Shown here piece after piece: positions 43,567 to 56,072 of a stretch of DNA of 64,000 nt. The position numbers and the translations under genes were made by a program. Origin of the DNA: Paraphysomonas bandaiensis (lineage: Eukaryota > Protista > Chrysophyceae). The notes beneath the pieces were generated by a model. It searched no databases and had not been told where the DNA came from. It saw only the letters and a list, made by a program, of their open reading frames with translations. The stretch lies in NCBI GenBank assembly GCA_965644295.1, contig CBFFRP010000094.1, forward strand, positions 62,001 to 126,000, in the 5' to 3' direction. How positions within the stretch are numbered: position 1 is the stretch's first letter; every line of letters begins with the position of its first letter.

Positions 43567-46500
43567 ATGAGTGTCAGTATTAAAGTAGCTATCCGGTGTC
43601 GTCCGTTCACTATAGACGATAAGCTCGGCGTGAGACTCCGTCAAGTCGATGAGGAGAATGGTGAAGTAGAACTAATCAATTGTGACTATTCGACAACACG
43701 TTTCCCTTTCACGTACGCATGGTGGTCTGCATACGGCTATCAGGTGAGTACTGCCTCTATACGGCTGTGTATTGTTTAATACTATGCTGTAGCGTCACTT
43801 GAAAGGTGACAATATGGGAGATGCAGATGATATGCTTCTTGTTGATCAAAACCTTGCGTACGAGTCGTGTGGTAAGAAGATTAAGGCAGACTTGTTGACA
43901 GGTAACGCCGTCGTACTCTTCGCATACGGTTTGTCTGGGTCGGGAAAAACTTTCACTGTGTTTGGACCGGACGCTGTTGATGCCCCGGAAGCATGGTTCA
44001 AGTGGGCTGAGCCGCATGGTCTATGGGTAAGGAGATAGAAATTCAAAGTACATTCATGATAGTCATGTCACAGGGTATCTTTCCACGCCTTGCCTATGAG
44101 GTGTTTCAGGAGAAAACCGATGGATGGAAAATATCAATGAAGTACTTTCAAAATGTAGTAGATATTGTACGCGACCTCATGTCTCCCAATGCAGAAGAAC
44201 AACATTACAAAAATGGTATGCGCAAGGATGCTGATGGATTTATGGATATTGAGTGGTGCGGATCGAAACAAATTCATAGTTGGGATGAACTCCGACAAGT
44301 GTTTCAGATAGCCAACGGCCGTAAGGCAATAGCTCCAACGCAATTTAACCCCATGAGTACACGCGGTCACTGTATCATGACCTTGGAAGTGGAAATGCCT
44401 CATCCAGAGACAGAAGGCATGAAGCAGCGCGGACGTGTGTATGTATGCGATCTTGCAGGAACAGAGCCTGCTGGAGACATTGTGTATGCCCTCTATGACA
44501 AAGTTCACTTTGACGATGGCTCATTCGAGTACAAGTATGCTGGTCCTCACAAAGATAGTAAAAAGACGAAAGAGTTGCAAGACCAAGGAAAGAAAATTAA
44601 CCTGTCTCTCTCGGAAATGGCGCAGTTCTTCATGAAGATGGCTGAGGCTGTGATGAAGAAGAAGCTAAAACCTGGCATGTCTATTCCGGGCTGTAACTCT
44701 TTTTTCTTATGCAAGTATCTAAAAGATACTATGCTTCAGGCGCGAACATACCTTTTCTGTGCCATTCGTCCGGAGGTCGAATATCTGAAGTACACATTCT
44801 CTACTCTTGGTTTCGCCAAGAATGCATCTGTTGTAAAGTTGACTCCCAAAAAGGCCACCACTGCCGCATCTCCAGCTGAGCGCAAATTGATGGCGGAATT
44901 GGAGGCGATGAAAGCTTTGGTAGAACAGCTACGGGCTGCAGGTGCAGGGGGCGGAGGTGGACCCGATGAGGCTTCGGCTAAAATGATTGCCGATTTGCAG
45001 GCCAAACTTGCAGCTAAACAAGAGGACCTCGCGAATGAGATATCTGGTGATGATGGGGCACAGGCAAAACGGGACGAGATGGCTGAGAGACAACGAGAGG
45101 AGTATGCCAAGCGGGGCATCTCCTTAGTAGCTTTTGAGTCGGAAACGGAACACCCTTACTTTATCAATCTTGATGAGGACGCATTCCGATCGAATCGTTT
45201 GATGTATATCATTCAGAAGGAGTTGACAGTTTTTGGAGCCAAGGGGGACATCCAGCCTATGTCTTTTCAGGTCGTTAAGGAGCATTGCTCGGTGAGGTTT
45301 GATGGGGAAAACATCTATATTATAGGAGGGAGGGGAGAAACCTTTCACAATGGTCACCTTGTCCCAGAGGGTACAGAGGAAGTTATGCAGTTGTACGACC
45401 GCCTCGTTCTCGGCGATCAGCTCATGCTTCTTCGATGGAAATGCAAAGAGAGTGACTCAGACCAGTGTATGACCGCCGAGGAAGCAGTGGAAGAGTTCCA
45501 AGAGGGCATGATATCCAGTCGAAGGAACCAGGCGGCTGAGGGTAGTGGGGGACAGGCTGCAGCGGACTTTGAAGAGGAGAGAAGGAAGATACTCGCCGAG
45601 CGGGAGAAGTGGGAAGAGGAAAAGAATCAAATGGCAACCCAGCGTAACGAGCAAGACTATCAGCGAGCCATGGCCTCTGTTGATAATGCTATTCTTGATC
45701 TCCTTCCGAAGGCAAAGGAGGCGAAGCAAACAGTAGACTTGCTAAATCGCGTTACAATGACTTTCGATGTTGTTCTTGAGAAAGGCACTGACCACGTGCC
45801 CAAAGTTAAGGTAACTTTATTCCTTAATCCAATTTAAAATAATGATAAACGCCTTTAATTTAGCTAAGTGTGGAGAACAGCAACCCGAAGTTATCAATTT
45901 TAATTGAGCCAACAGATTTTCTTCCGAAACTCTCATTGTTGAAAGATGAAATGATGAAGTTGCGTGGTGCTATTGAGGGGGGACGGGAGTACGAGCTACC
46001 ATCACGCCACGACCCCCTCTTTCTTATGTTCGACAACGATTTCCATCTCGGTAAATTCTTTTGCGATGTGTTATATTTGCTGAAATGCGTTTGATATATA
46101 GGCACTGCGACACATTGGCCGGAATACCTTCTTTACAATCTTGAGACAGACCCGGAGGAGAAGCAGCAAGATATTAAAAATGCAGCCGTGCCATATAATA
46201 CCGTCGGCCTGCTGGAGGTGCTCTGGACCCCACTAGCAGGGCCTAATGAAGAGGATTGGAGTAAAGAACCACCAGATATTGATTCTGAAGAAGATCTTCT
46301 TGGGAAGTCGTGGACCTACCGTTTAAACATAAAAACCGCCTCTAACCTGCCTGTATTCTGCGAGCAAGCTTACGTGGAATACCAGTTCTTTGGAGAGATC
46401 TTTACGACTGAAGTCGTTGAACAATCTACATTTTCCCCGGTATTCGATTATCAATATATTCATCATGTGGACAAGGTTACTCCAGAGTTTGTAGCCTTTT

Positions 46501-46904
46501 TGAAGGGGAGTATGGAGATGTATGTCCATGTCACCCAACATGTAGACGTTCCGTCTGGGGAGGTGTTGGGAACCAAGAACAGTATTGTTGTTGAGAGCAT
46601 TAAATCTGGTGTTCCGAAAGGATATGAGGTATGGTTGTTGTGCATGAACCTTTGAATTCTTCTTATATTGTTGTGGCGTGGGTAGGTTTCATCTGATACT
46701 ACAAAACCGAAAAGTGACGTTGAATTAATGAACGAAGAGCTGAAAAAGCGACTTGAGGAAGTAACAGAAGAGAACGTTGCCCTCAAGAAAAAAGTCGAGG
46801 AATTAGAGCTCAGAGTTCAGCATTTCGAGAACGAACATATATCGAAATCGAAAAGCCATTTGGCGGAGGCTATCATGACTGATTCCGTTGTGAATGGGGA
46901 GTGA
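43567..46904 (+). CDS. Kinesin with a divergent motor and a kinesin-3/KIF28-like tail (FHA-like, coiled coil, C2-like); 6 exons
   Basis: SIKVAIRCRP, FAYGLSGSGKTFT (P-loop), GIFPR, NPMSTRGH and DLAGTE. FHA region HPYFINLDED...HCSV...TFHNG...DRLVLG. C2-like LLGKSWTYRLNIK...YVEYQFF. Stop TGA at 46902-46904. Confidence 0.9.
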
Positions 46905-47763
46905 TAAGGTTTTGCAACTACACTCCGATCCATCGTGAGGATCTCATTGTTTTGTTTAGATATACTAAATCCTTGCTGTTAAGGTAAATATTCTTGAGTT
47001 TTAGGGTGTTGTCGCATGAGAATATGCTGTGTTTCAATTACCTCCGTCATGAATAACGACACGAAAGAATTCGTGCAGACATCAATATTATAATGTTGAA
47101 ACAAACGATTTTAATACAAAGAATTATAGCACCAGAAATGCCACGTTTCTTGGAAATACTTTCTGACTTTTAGAATTTTGTGTATAAAACTGAATTTTTG
47201 ATGGCGTAAGAGGCAACTCAAGCCAATCTACAGCAAAAATAGTTCACTTGTAAGATGATGCATATGTAGCAAAATTGGGCATAACAAATATAGATCACTT
47301 AGGAGAAAGTAGTGTAGGTGTAGTAGTATGAGGAGAGATGTAGATGGTAGTTATATTCAGATTAGAAATTAGAACATATGAGTATTAAGACCAGATATAG
47401 GGTTGGAGTATGCTGGGACTATCCGTACAACCTATCGTACTACCTATTCATATATTCATACCATTTGTGTACATGGAAGAGGAAGATACAATCATTGATA
47501 TTTCTACCAGTGATGCTATAAGACACCCCTAGTCGCGTCACATATTCTAGAATGTCACAAATTTAGTTTTCGAATGTTAAGTACAATGTAAAATAGTAAA
47601 ACAACTAGAATTAATTACTGGAAATACCATACATGGCGTACTCATAGCAAACGCAGTGAGCAAGCAGAATGTAGACACACGTGATATCAACTAACTTCAG
47701 GATTTTCCCCATCTCATGGAGTTCTGGATAAGTACTGGAGATATTTCTCCGGGAAACTAACGT

Positions 47764-47787
47764 TTAGGGTTAGGGTTAGGGTTAGGG
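47764..47787 (+). repeat. Interstitial telomere-type repeat (TTAGGG)4
   Basis: Four perfect TTAGGG units in an intergenic region, immediately preceded by CCGGGAAACTAACGT, which also occurs at 3223-3237. Confidence 0.85.
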
Positions 47788-48095
47788 TGCGAGGGCAACT
47801 TTGTTGAGGGCCTCAATTCATATTCTACCAACCAGATTGCATATCAACTTATTGGTAAAATATATATAATATGTAGTAGAAATGCGAGCGCTAATAATAA
47901 TAGCAAAAAATGCGAATATTATCTAATAATCAAAGTTTTCTTCAATTAGTTGTCAATTATTGCAAAATTATATAGAAATTATTTGATACTGAAAAAATAA
48001 AATAGGAATGCATATATATGTAACTATTACACACAAATTTTATATATAGCTAGTTCATGGTTCGAACTTTCTATATAGGAAGTGTGCGCAAAACC

Positions 48096-48113
48096 CAGGG
48101 TTGCGTAACAATT
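48096..48113 (+). repeat. Orphan CAGGG-type (hAT-like) transposon terminus
   Basis: CAGGGTTGCGTAACAATT, matching 18343-18360, followed by AT-rich CAATT/AATTG sub-repeats. Confidence 0.45.
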
Positions 48114-49560
48114 TTAATTGCATATATATTAATTGACGCAGGTTTTAGTCAATTATAGTTGCAATTATTACTTCATTCTTTCTGTCGCAGTTAGTTGAGA
48201 TGCAACTAATAGCAATTTAATTGATACTAAAAACTATGTATTCAAGTAGCTATATACACATTAACAAGCTTGCTCAACTACTGTTATTTCATCCAAGATG
48301 AGAGAATATATTATTAATTCGATCCTTACCGTCCAGGTAAGTGAGACCTTGTTGCCACCTTGAATCTTCACGACTTCCTTTTCGAAGCAGCGTTATGAAT
48401 AATAATGTTCATCTTCCTCCTGTAATTTTATTGACACTCATTGAAAGAATTTCAAGTCGTCCCGAAATTGCACTAGCATGGATGTTCACCTGAAATTTCA
48501 CTTGAAATTGGACTTAACACAGAAAAATCAAACGTATGACAGCAAGTGGCCAGATAGAAACAAATACCGGTCAATAATTACAAAAAGTGGAGTCCCTTCT
48601 GCTGGCATTTTGATAGACTACTGTGCATAAGAGATCTTACTACGAAGAAACGTATATGTCATCTTCACTATTTATTTGTATAAAACAATTTCGATGTTAA
48701 AAATGATTATTCACTATAATGAATGATTGATTTTTGCTTCTGCAGTTGTCTGACTTTCTCTTAGGCGTCGTCAATGAAGCATTTTCTAGAATCCAGCAAA
48801 TTGTATAATCCGTATTTCAGTTTCATAATAAATCATATAGAACTTTAAACTCTTAACTAGCTACACTCCAATTATCCCTTGCCTGTGTCAAATTGACGGC
48901 ATCTTTTTATCAATTATAATAGCAACTATGATTTTCTGTCCCAATGTCAATTAATGAAATTGATATATGCAGCCCTGACAAAAGTAAGACAGTGCCCTAA
49001 GAACTGAAACAATTGTCGCACCACTACTGCATACTTTGTACACCCCATAAATCCCAGTGCAAAAACTCTCGAAATTTTGTAATTGTATAAGGATAGAGTA
49101 AAGACCATTGCAGGTAGGCCTTGTATTCGCTAGGTCGCTAGGTACACTGCATTCCACTCCTGATTAACATGCACATTAAAGTGAATATTACTATAACAAA
49201 GCGACTATATTTAAAGGCTTTGGTACCACATTTCGATGTAGCGGCTTGACAAATATAAAAATGTGCCAATACGTCTTGTATAACACCAACATATATATAT
49301 TTATATGAAAATTTTATTGACGATGTCTGTCATAAAATTCTAAATAATCACCATTACAATTGAATACAACCTGCGTCAATTAAATGCTACGCATCCCTGA
49401 TACTAAAACGGCTTTTCATATCAAATATAAATTTCAGTTAACTCATTATTACTTCACTGAATTTCGTTATTCTTCCATTGTACTATCACCACACAGAAAT
49501 TCCAAAAAATACCTGCATTGGTGTTTATACTGCCGATAAAAACTACTCCAAATTGTCTTC

Positions 49561-52500
49561 TTAGACTGCATTTGGCGAGCTGGACCTGTCGGGAATCGTT
49601 TCTGAGGGACCAAATGACACTCGATTCGAAATCGGCTTCTTGTCCTGCACTTGATCCACTTGTGATGCTCTCTCAACAGCAAATACCTCTCCCAGGGCAT
49701 GTGGAGAAGGACCTGTGCGTTTAAAAAACTGAATAGTCTCCGTTTCATCTCCTAGAACCACATAATACATTCATAAGGTCAGAGCATGGAAAATTCTACA
49801 ACACCTGTCTTAAGATTCTTCTTAACGGTTACAAGTCGTAGCCTAGAGTCCTTTCGGGCAACAGTGGTTCCCCCAACAGATGGGGCATCCTCGAGATACC
49901 GTTTCATTATGAGCTCATAATCCCTGGATTCAGGAATTCTAATTCGCACACATGGTCACCACGACGAATGCCTCGATATGTAGCATACCTTTTCTGTACT
50001 AGCGCCTCTCCTTCCCAGTAGCATCGCTCGATGAACTTACGCTTATTGACCTGAAGAGTCACAAACCGCAGTTTCAATACTGGACTGCATATATATCACC
50101 ACACTGTTCTTACCACAGTTGATATGTAGTCCGCGCCAATGCGATAAGAATAGTCAGCACTTAGTGGACCATTGTTCTCCTGGACGATACATCAACACAT
50201 CGATACAAGCAAACAAATAGAAATGATTTACCTGAATCCTCACGCCAGAATAGAATGGAGGATCCATTGTGATGACATGAGATACTGCAACTGAAGAAAA
50301 GCCACCTAAAAAACCTACAAGACAATGTGATACCCTATACATATGCTGGGTGGTGGTAGTACCACTGGAAGCAGCCCCCGATGATCCCATCCCATCTTGG
50401 CGGGTCCACACACCAGATATATCCACCCTTATTTCACTAACGTCAATATTACGAAAGTGAAGTAGAGGATGCATACCGCAGAGAAGAACTAAGACTTCTC
50501 TTCTTTAAAGACCCTACGTCACCAGCGTCACCAGATTGGTTTACATCGCGGCTGCTTTGCGGAGTCCTCTCCCACTCAAGCATGCCACTGCTGCTACGCT
50601 GGTTCTTGTCTTCGCAACTCTTGTCTACATTTCCCCCGACATCACTACCAGTTGACTCGATTTTTCCTTGAGTATCATTGTCAATCTTGACAGATGGTTC
50701 TGGTGGGGAATCTACGTCGTGAAACACAATAATGGGCACATCATGAAATGACATAAAAAATTACTTGGTGAAGGCCCCGTTCGCTTAAACCACGATGTTC
50801 CCGTAGTCTCCTGGCCAGTGGCGTGATCCTTGTAGGTGGCGACCTGCGAGATGTCAGCAGGTAGTACGTATATATATTTGTATATTCTATATATATACCA
50901 TAACAAGAGTAGGCTCTCCACCAGTATCTTCAATAAATCTCTTATGAATAAGCGTGAAGTCATTGTCTTCATGAACCCTGAATGCAAAAGTAAGCAATAC
51001 AATACGAAAATTGCAGTGCAGCTCACCTCGTCACTTGCAGAGTAGGCGGGTTAGAATCTGTGATCCAGGTCGCAGTATCATTGAACTTTCGCTTCATGAT
51101 ATTCGTGGGCATGGGGGGAGTGTCAAGTGTATATAGCATATCACTGTTGAGAGGTCCACCCACTTCCTGTTCGAAGTAAAGGTGACAGCAATATCATACC
51201 CACGCATATCACACCTGTAGTCTAAAGGCATTTAGATCTGGTGGGTTCATGGTGATGGTGTGAGTCATTGCCATAGACGTCGCAAGCTTACGCTGCACAA
51301 ACCCTGCCCCTTGAGCACCTATCCATTTTCAATTGTAGTTAGCTGAATGCGGCGCTTGCTCAGTCATAGCGATTCCTCACCAACATATGAGTCTACATTG
51401 TGCGTTCTCGTTCTTTCCCAAACTCCACTTAGGTCAGTTTTTCCCGAAACTGTAGACGGAGTTGCCGATGCAGCGGTTTCGGCGTTCTCTTCATTCGCCG
51501 CTTCTGTAGATACTCGGCGCACAGTCGCTGGTAGAGGGTTTGGAGACGGCCCAACTTTGTCGAAAATCATGCTACACTTAACCCGCTTCTCAGGTGAAAA
51601 ACTGTGATATGTTGCATCCTGATTCCAGGTTAGCACATCACAGTTGCAAATTCAATGTAATCACCTCATGAAGTACTTCGCCATTGTTCTGTAACGTACA
51701 CAAAATGATCAATTCATACTCCTTCCCCGGAAGGGCCAATCTATTCGAAGAGTTAAATTGGCGACATATACTGCGTTAAACCACCCACTCTGTGATTTGA
51801 AGCACATCAGGGGAGTGCCATGTTGCACTACAGAGGTAGTTTTTCCCGTTTCTAACCATCTCTACCGCATCACCTCCAATAACCATGGCAATATCAGTCG
51901 TTATCGGCCCCCCTTTCTCCTGAAAAAAAGTTATAGAACATACTATAACTGTAGCAACTTACCTGGACCCTGCACACTGTGAGCTCTTTGTCCATGGTAA
52001 TAGTGTGGACCATCTGGACAGACCCCGTTATCTTCCTCATTACGTAAGGCAAACCCTGAGCCGCTATACACAACATAAGTCGTGGGGAATTAGTGGACAC
52101 GAATGATGAAAATACCTGCGTAATCATCAAAATTCACGACTTTACCGCGCTTCCAAACACCAGAAAAGTTAACACTTCCCTTCACTTCACTACCAGCAAC
52201 ACGCAGAGACTGGCTCGATGACAGAAAGCTGCAGCGAAATTGCAATTTTAAATGGCTGCTACGCCTGATTAAACATGCTATTCTTACCGACGCTGCGATG
52301 AATCCGTGTTGGACTCGGAAACTTCCACACCAAGTGCGCGTTTCCAAGTATTCCATGTGTTTTGATCGGGGAGCTGGAGCACAAACACAAGTCCACACAA
52401 AAATATCGGGGGGAATTTAAAGTTGAGATAAATAAGCGATGCAGCAACGATCATCACAGCGGCGAGGGTTGCTTGCAGATTACTGCCAACGGCAGATATT

Positions 52501-55394
52501 ATAACCCCTGTCCCTTGTTTTACAATCTCGACTAAGACAGAACCAGTCGTAGCGTCTTCTTTCACCAGTGGGGATCCAGTTGAATTAAGGCTCTTATCAC
52601 CTGATGTTGTAGCTACTTCAATTCGAGGTTCTGTTGTCGGTGACTTCATTCCCTCAGATTGAGATTTCACGTCCTCGACCAGGGGCTTATAAAATGCCGT
52701 CGTTAGCTCACTATGCACAATATTTAGCACCGTATAACACATTAAAATGACACTCACTCAAAGTGGTCTCTTAGAACACGGTGGCCCAGAATGAGATAAT
52801 CTTTAGCATTGAGCTTTTTGAGGCGCTTACAAATTTCAGTTTGCAAAGGAGACGGTGCCGGCTCTGAAGGTAACACAAGCAAACCCTGGTATTATCTGTA
52901 AGAGACGCGAGTTTAATTCTGCAAACCCACAATACTTACTGGAGTGTAGACGCCTTTATCAGAAAGCTTTTTCCACACCACGAAGCTACGAGAGAAAAAA
53001 CTTGGGGTACGGTGCTCCTTCTTCTTCTTTTTCGAACCCTTGGACGGCCCTTCAGATGTACCCTCAGTCTCTGAGGAGCGAACTCCTGCTTCGACATTAA
53101 CTACATTCTCTGCACCCAGAAGACATTGTAAATACATGTTCGGCTGGAAAGATGAACAGGACTCTACATATGCATCAGCACAAGAGATGAACGCACCTGC
53201 TGCTGCAAATTCATCCCGGCTACTCGAATACACAGTAGCCTGCTGCTCCTCCTCAGTAGGGAATCTTACTACAGCAGAGAATTTGCTATTGTAACGCTAC
53301 AGACCACCAGGTCAGCTAACAAATATCAACAATAAGGTTATACCAGAAGTGATTCCTCCTCCATGTCTTCCATAGTTAAGTTCTTGTTCGCGCCGGCAAT
53401 CTTTCCACTAAAACTGGCGCGTTTCTCTGCCTTCATGACCACCCCAGGAGACATCTCATACGCACTCCTGCCCTGGCGCATAGGGGACAGCACTATTAGA
53501 GCAGAAAAGTGCCGGAAATCCAGCAGTAGTGTAGGATCGGTAATCCCCACAATGTAACTGAATAAATAGAATTAGCACGAGGCATGCAGATTGATCCGTC
53601 CGTACCTCCCGCGCTCTGCACTTCGAATATTATCGCCCACAGAAGCTTCTTGCTACATGATATATACACATAAACAATAGCTATACTCCAGATAAGCTGC
53701 TTCTGATAGTGTATTACCTTGCGTTTCTTCTTAACGGCATCTGCAATCAAAGACACGTCCGAATCATGTTTGGAGATGAAGGGTCGGAGATTATCTCCGG
53801 CGTACCCATTCAACGGGGTGAGTACCAAGGATGAAAGTGCAATCACCATCTTCATATTACCATAAGTCCACAACTTCACGACTTGTGAAACATACCTGCG
53901 AACATGCATCTGGGGTTGAGGCGAGTACAAGAACATCTCTGCCTCCCACAAGCAGCTCCCATAAGGTCCACAGGTGTGGGATAAGGCCATATGGGCCAAA
54001 CTGAGATATTATATTCGTGCCACTTGAAAACGAAACCGCAGGACCTAAACTGAGGGAAGAGAAGTCAAGGCTGTTCTTGGTGGCAACAGGGCGGGGAATT
54101 GCTACAGTGAACTGGAAGATCTGCAAGGGCATGGCAAACAGTCACAAAACAGTGTATAAAGGGTGCTTAAAGTCTGTATTACATCGCCGAACAAAGGTAA
54201 AGCAAGCGCACCGGAGTACGCAGTCCCCCCCCCTTCCTGCAAGATCAAGTCCAGAATTGGCCAGCTATTTATTTGCTCTAATGTCACCTCGAAGGTCTTT
54301 TGGATACCCTCTTTGACACTATCATCTGCACACACAGAACTGAGGAGAAATATAATAAGAGGCAAAGTGGCTGCAGATATTACAACATGTAGTGCACCAC
54401 ATCGAATCAGTATAAGTACCCACCGACTCCCTCCTTGTGCCTGACATGATAGAGGGTTGTCTCCAACGTAGAGAGAATGGAGTAAGCTAGACTTGGTATC
54501 GGCATACGCGACACCAATACAAGCGACTGCTGTTGCAGCTCACTTCTGGACGCCCTCAACGCCACAGATTGCCTGTATGAGACAAAGCAGTATAAAAGCT
54601 CAGCTAGAGCACGCTCAGAGTCAGCTGAGTCGTTTCCAGGAACAGCAGTCCCCCTATTGCCGGCCTTGGTGGTGCGCACAGTGAAGCAGAAGTTGTAGTC
54701 AACTGTCTCTTCCTTTTGCTGAGACATATGGGACTGTGGTATTGACATGGAGACAATATCCTCAACCAGGCATGGCGGGAGCTGAAATAGCAATGTCAGA
54801 TTGGAACATGTTATTAAGTTCATCGCCATAACCTGTGAAGGAAACATAGAATCCACAGCCGGCCCATTCTCACCGCTTGCCACAAGCAAAACAGCATCAA
54901 CCCAACCGGAAGAGTCATCTGCATCATTCTCACTTCCCGAAAAACTCTGGCGACTGGCAATTTCCAATTTCTCCTTATCATTAAATTCCGTATCTTTTGA
55001 TATACTGACACGAGGAAGGGGTATCGTTGCAGTACCTCCGTTCATGACAGTTGTGTAGCAATCGACACAGGCCTAAATAACAAAGTTACAACCTTCTAAA
55101 AATATTTTCGATTCTTACCCTCTTAAGAATTCCATTAATAACCAGCTTGCAGTTACTGCAGTGTGTACAGAACACCTGCCCGCACTCTCTGCAGTGGTGT
55201 TTGCGGTTAGTGAGAGTGAAGGCGGCAGAGCACTTATGGCAATTCTTCACTTTAGAGCTATCGATCCAGTCGGAACGTCGTCGAGAGGCAAACTCTTGAG
55301 CATCAAACGTGACACTTCCTTTACGAGATTTTTCCCCCTTGAGAACAGTTGCGACGAGATCTGGATTACCGGATATGCCGTACTTCTGAGCCAT
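49561..55394 (-). CDS. FYVE - DENN (DENND6/FAM116-like) - TM - three FABP/lipocalin-like domains; more than 20 exons
   Basis: FYVE: WIDS...CHKC..FTLTNRKHHCRECGQVFC..CS...R|ACVDCY. DENND6-like: LYCFVSYRQ...QQSLVLVSRMP, LWTLWELLVGGRDVLVLASTP, LRPFISKHDSD, IVGITDP, LRDHFE|LTTAFYKPL. Hydrophobic segment at 52375-52470. Three repeats that begin (F/L/I)SGVW.R and end F.(R/K).GPSP. Confidence 0.85.
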
Positions 55395-55612
55395 CTGTGT
55401 GCCCTCTGTCACAAACAACCCTCTGAGTCCTTACGATCTTTCGATAGAGTACAATTGACAAATTGCAGCTCTCACAGTGACACTGCGGTGACAGTAATCT
55501 TCAGGTAACTGAGAGAGCCCAACACACTGCATGATATACGCCCCCACATGAATAAACACACACTCCAGATACACCATACGCATACTACTGTACTACCAAA
55601 TACAGTATGTCG

Positions 55613-55880
55613 TATGTATGTATGTATGTATGTATGTATGTATGTATGTATGTATGTATGTATGTATGTATGTATGTATGTATGTATGTATGTATGTATG
55701 TATGTATGTATGTATGTATGTATGTATGTATGTATGTATGTATGTATGTATGTATGTATGTATGTATGTATGTATGTATGTATGTATGTATGTATGTATG
55801 TATGTATGTATGTATGTATGTATGTATGTATGTATGTATGTATGTATGTATGTATGTATGTATGTATGTATGTATGTATG
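55613..55880. repeat. Perfect (TATG)n microsatellite, 268 bp (~67 units)
   Basis: Uninterrupted TATG array between the divergent ATGs at 55394 and 56073. Confidence 0.98.
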
Positions 55881-56072
55881 GGAATGGTTGTGGGTACGTA
55901 TACTGCTGTAGTATGGTGTACTTGTTGTTTGAAAGTCTATCATTGTTGTTGTTGTTATTGAGGTGTGGGATATAGAAGTTACTTGTGTTAGATAATGCTC
56001 TAGTTGTGTTGCTGCAATCTGCTCCTCTAGCATTGGTCAGGGGTGGACTCGTTGCAGCTGATAATAGTTATC

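Noticed and set aside
52070-52120. Phase-1 intron in FABP-like repeat 1 as homologous to the first intron of animal FABP genes
   Set aside because: It lies about three codons upstream of the conserved Gly where I recall the animal intron falling, so it is not counted as evidence of homology.
55548-56033. ORFs with (MYVC)n or (HTYI)n repeats
   Set aside because: These are translations of the TATG microsatellite, which has no stop codon in any frame.
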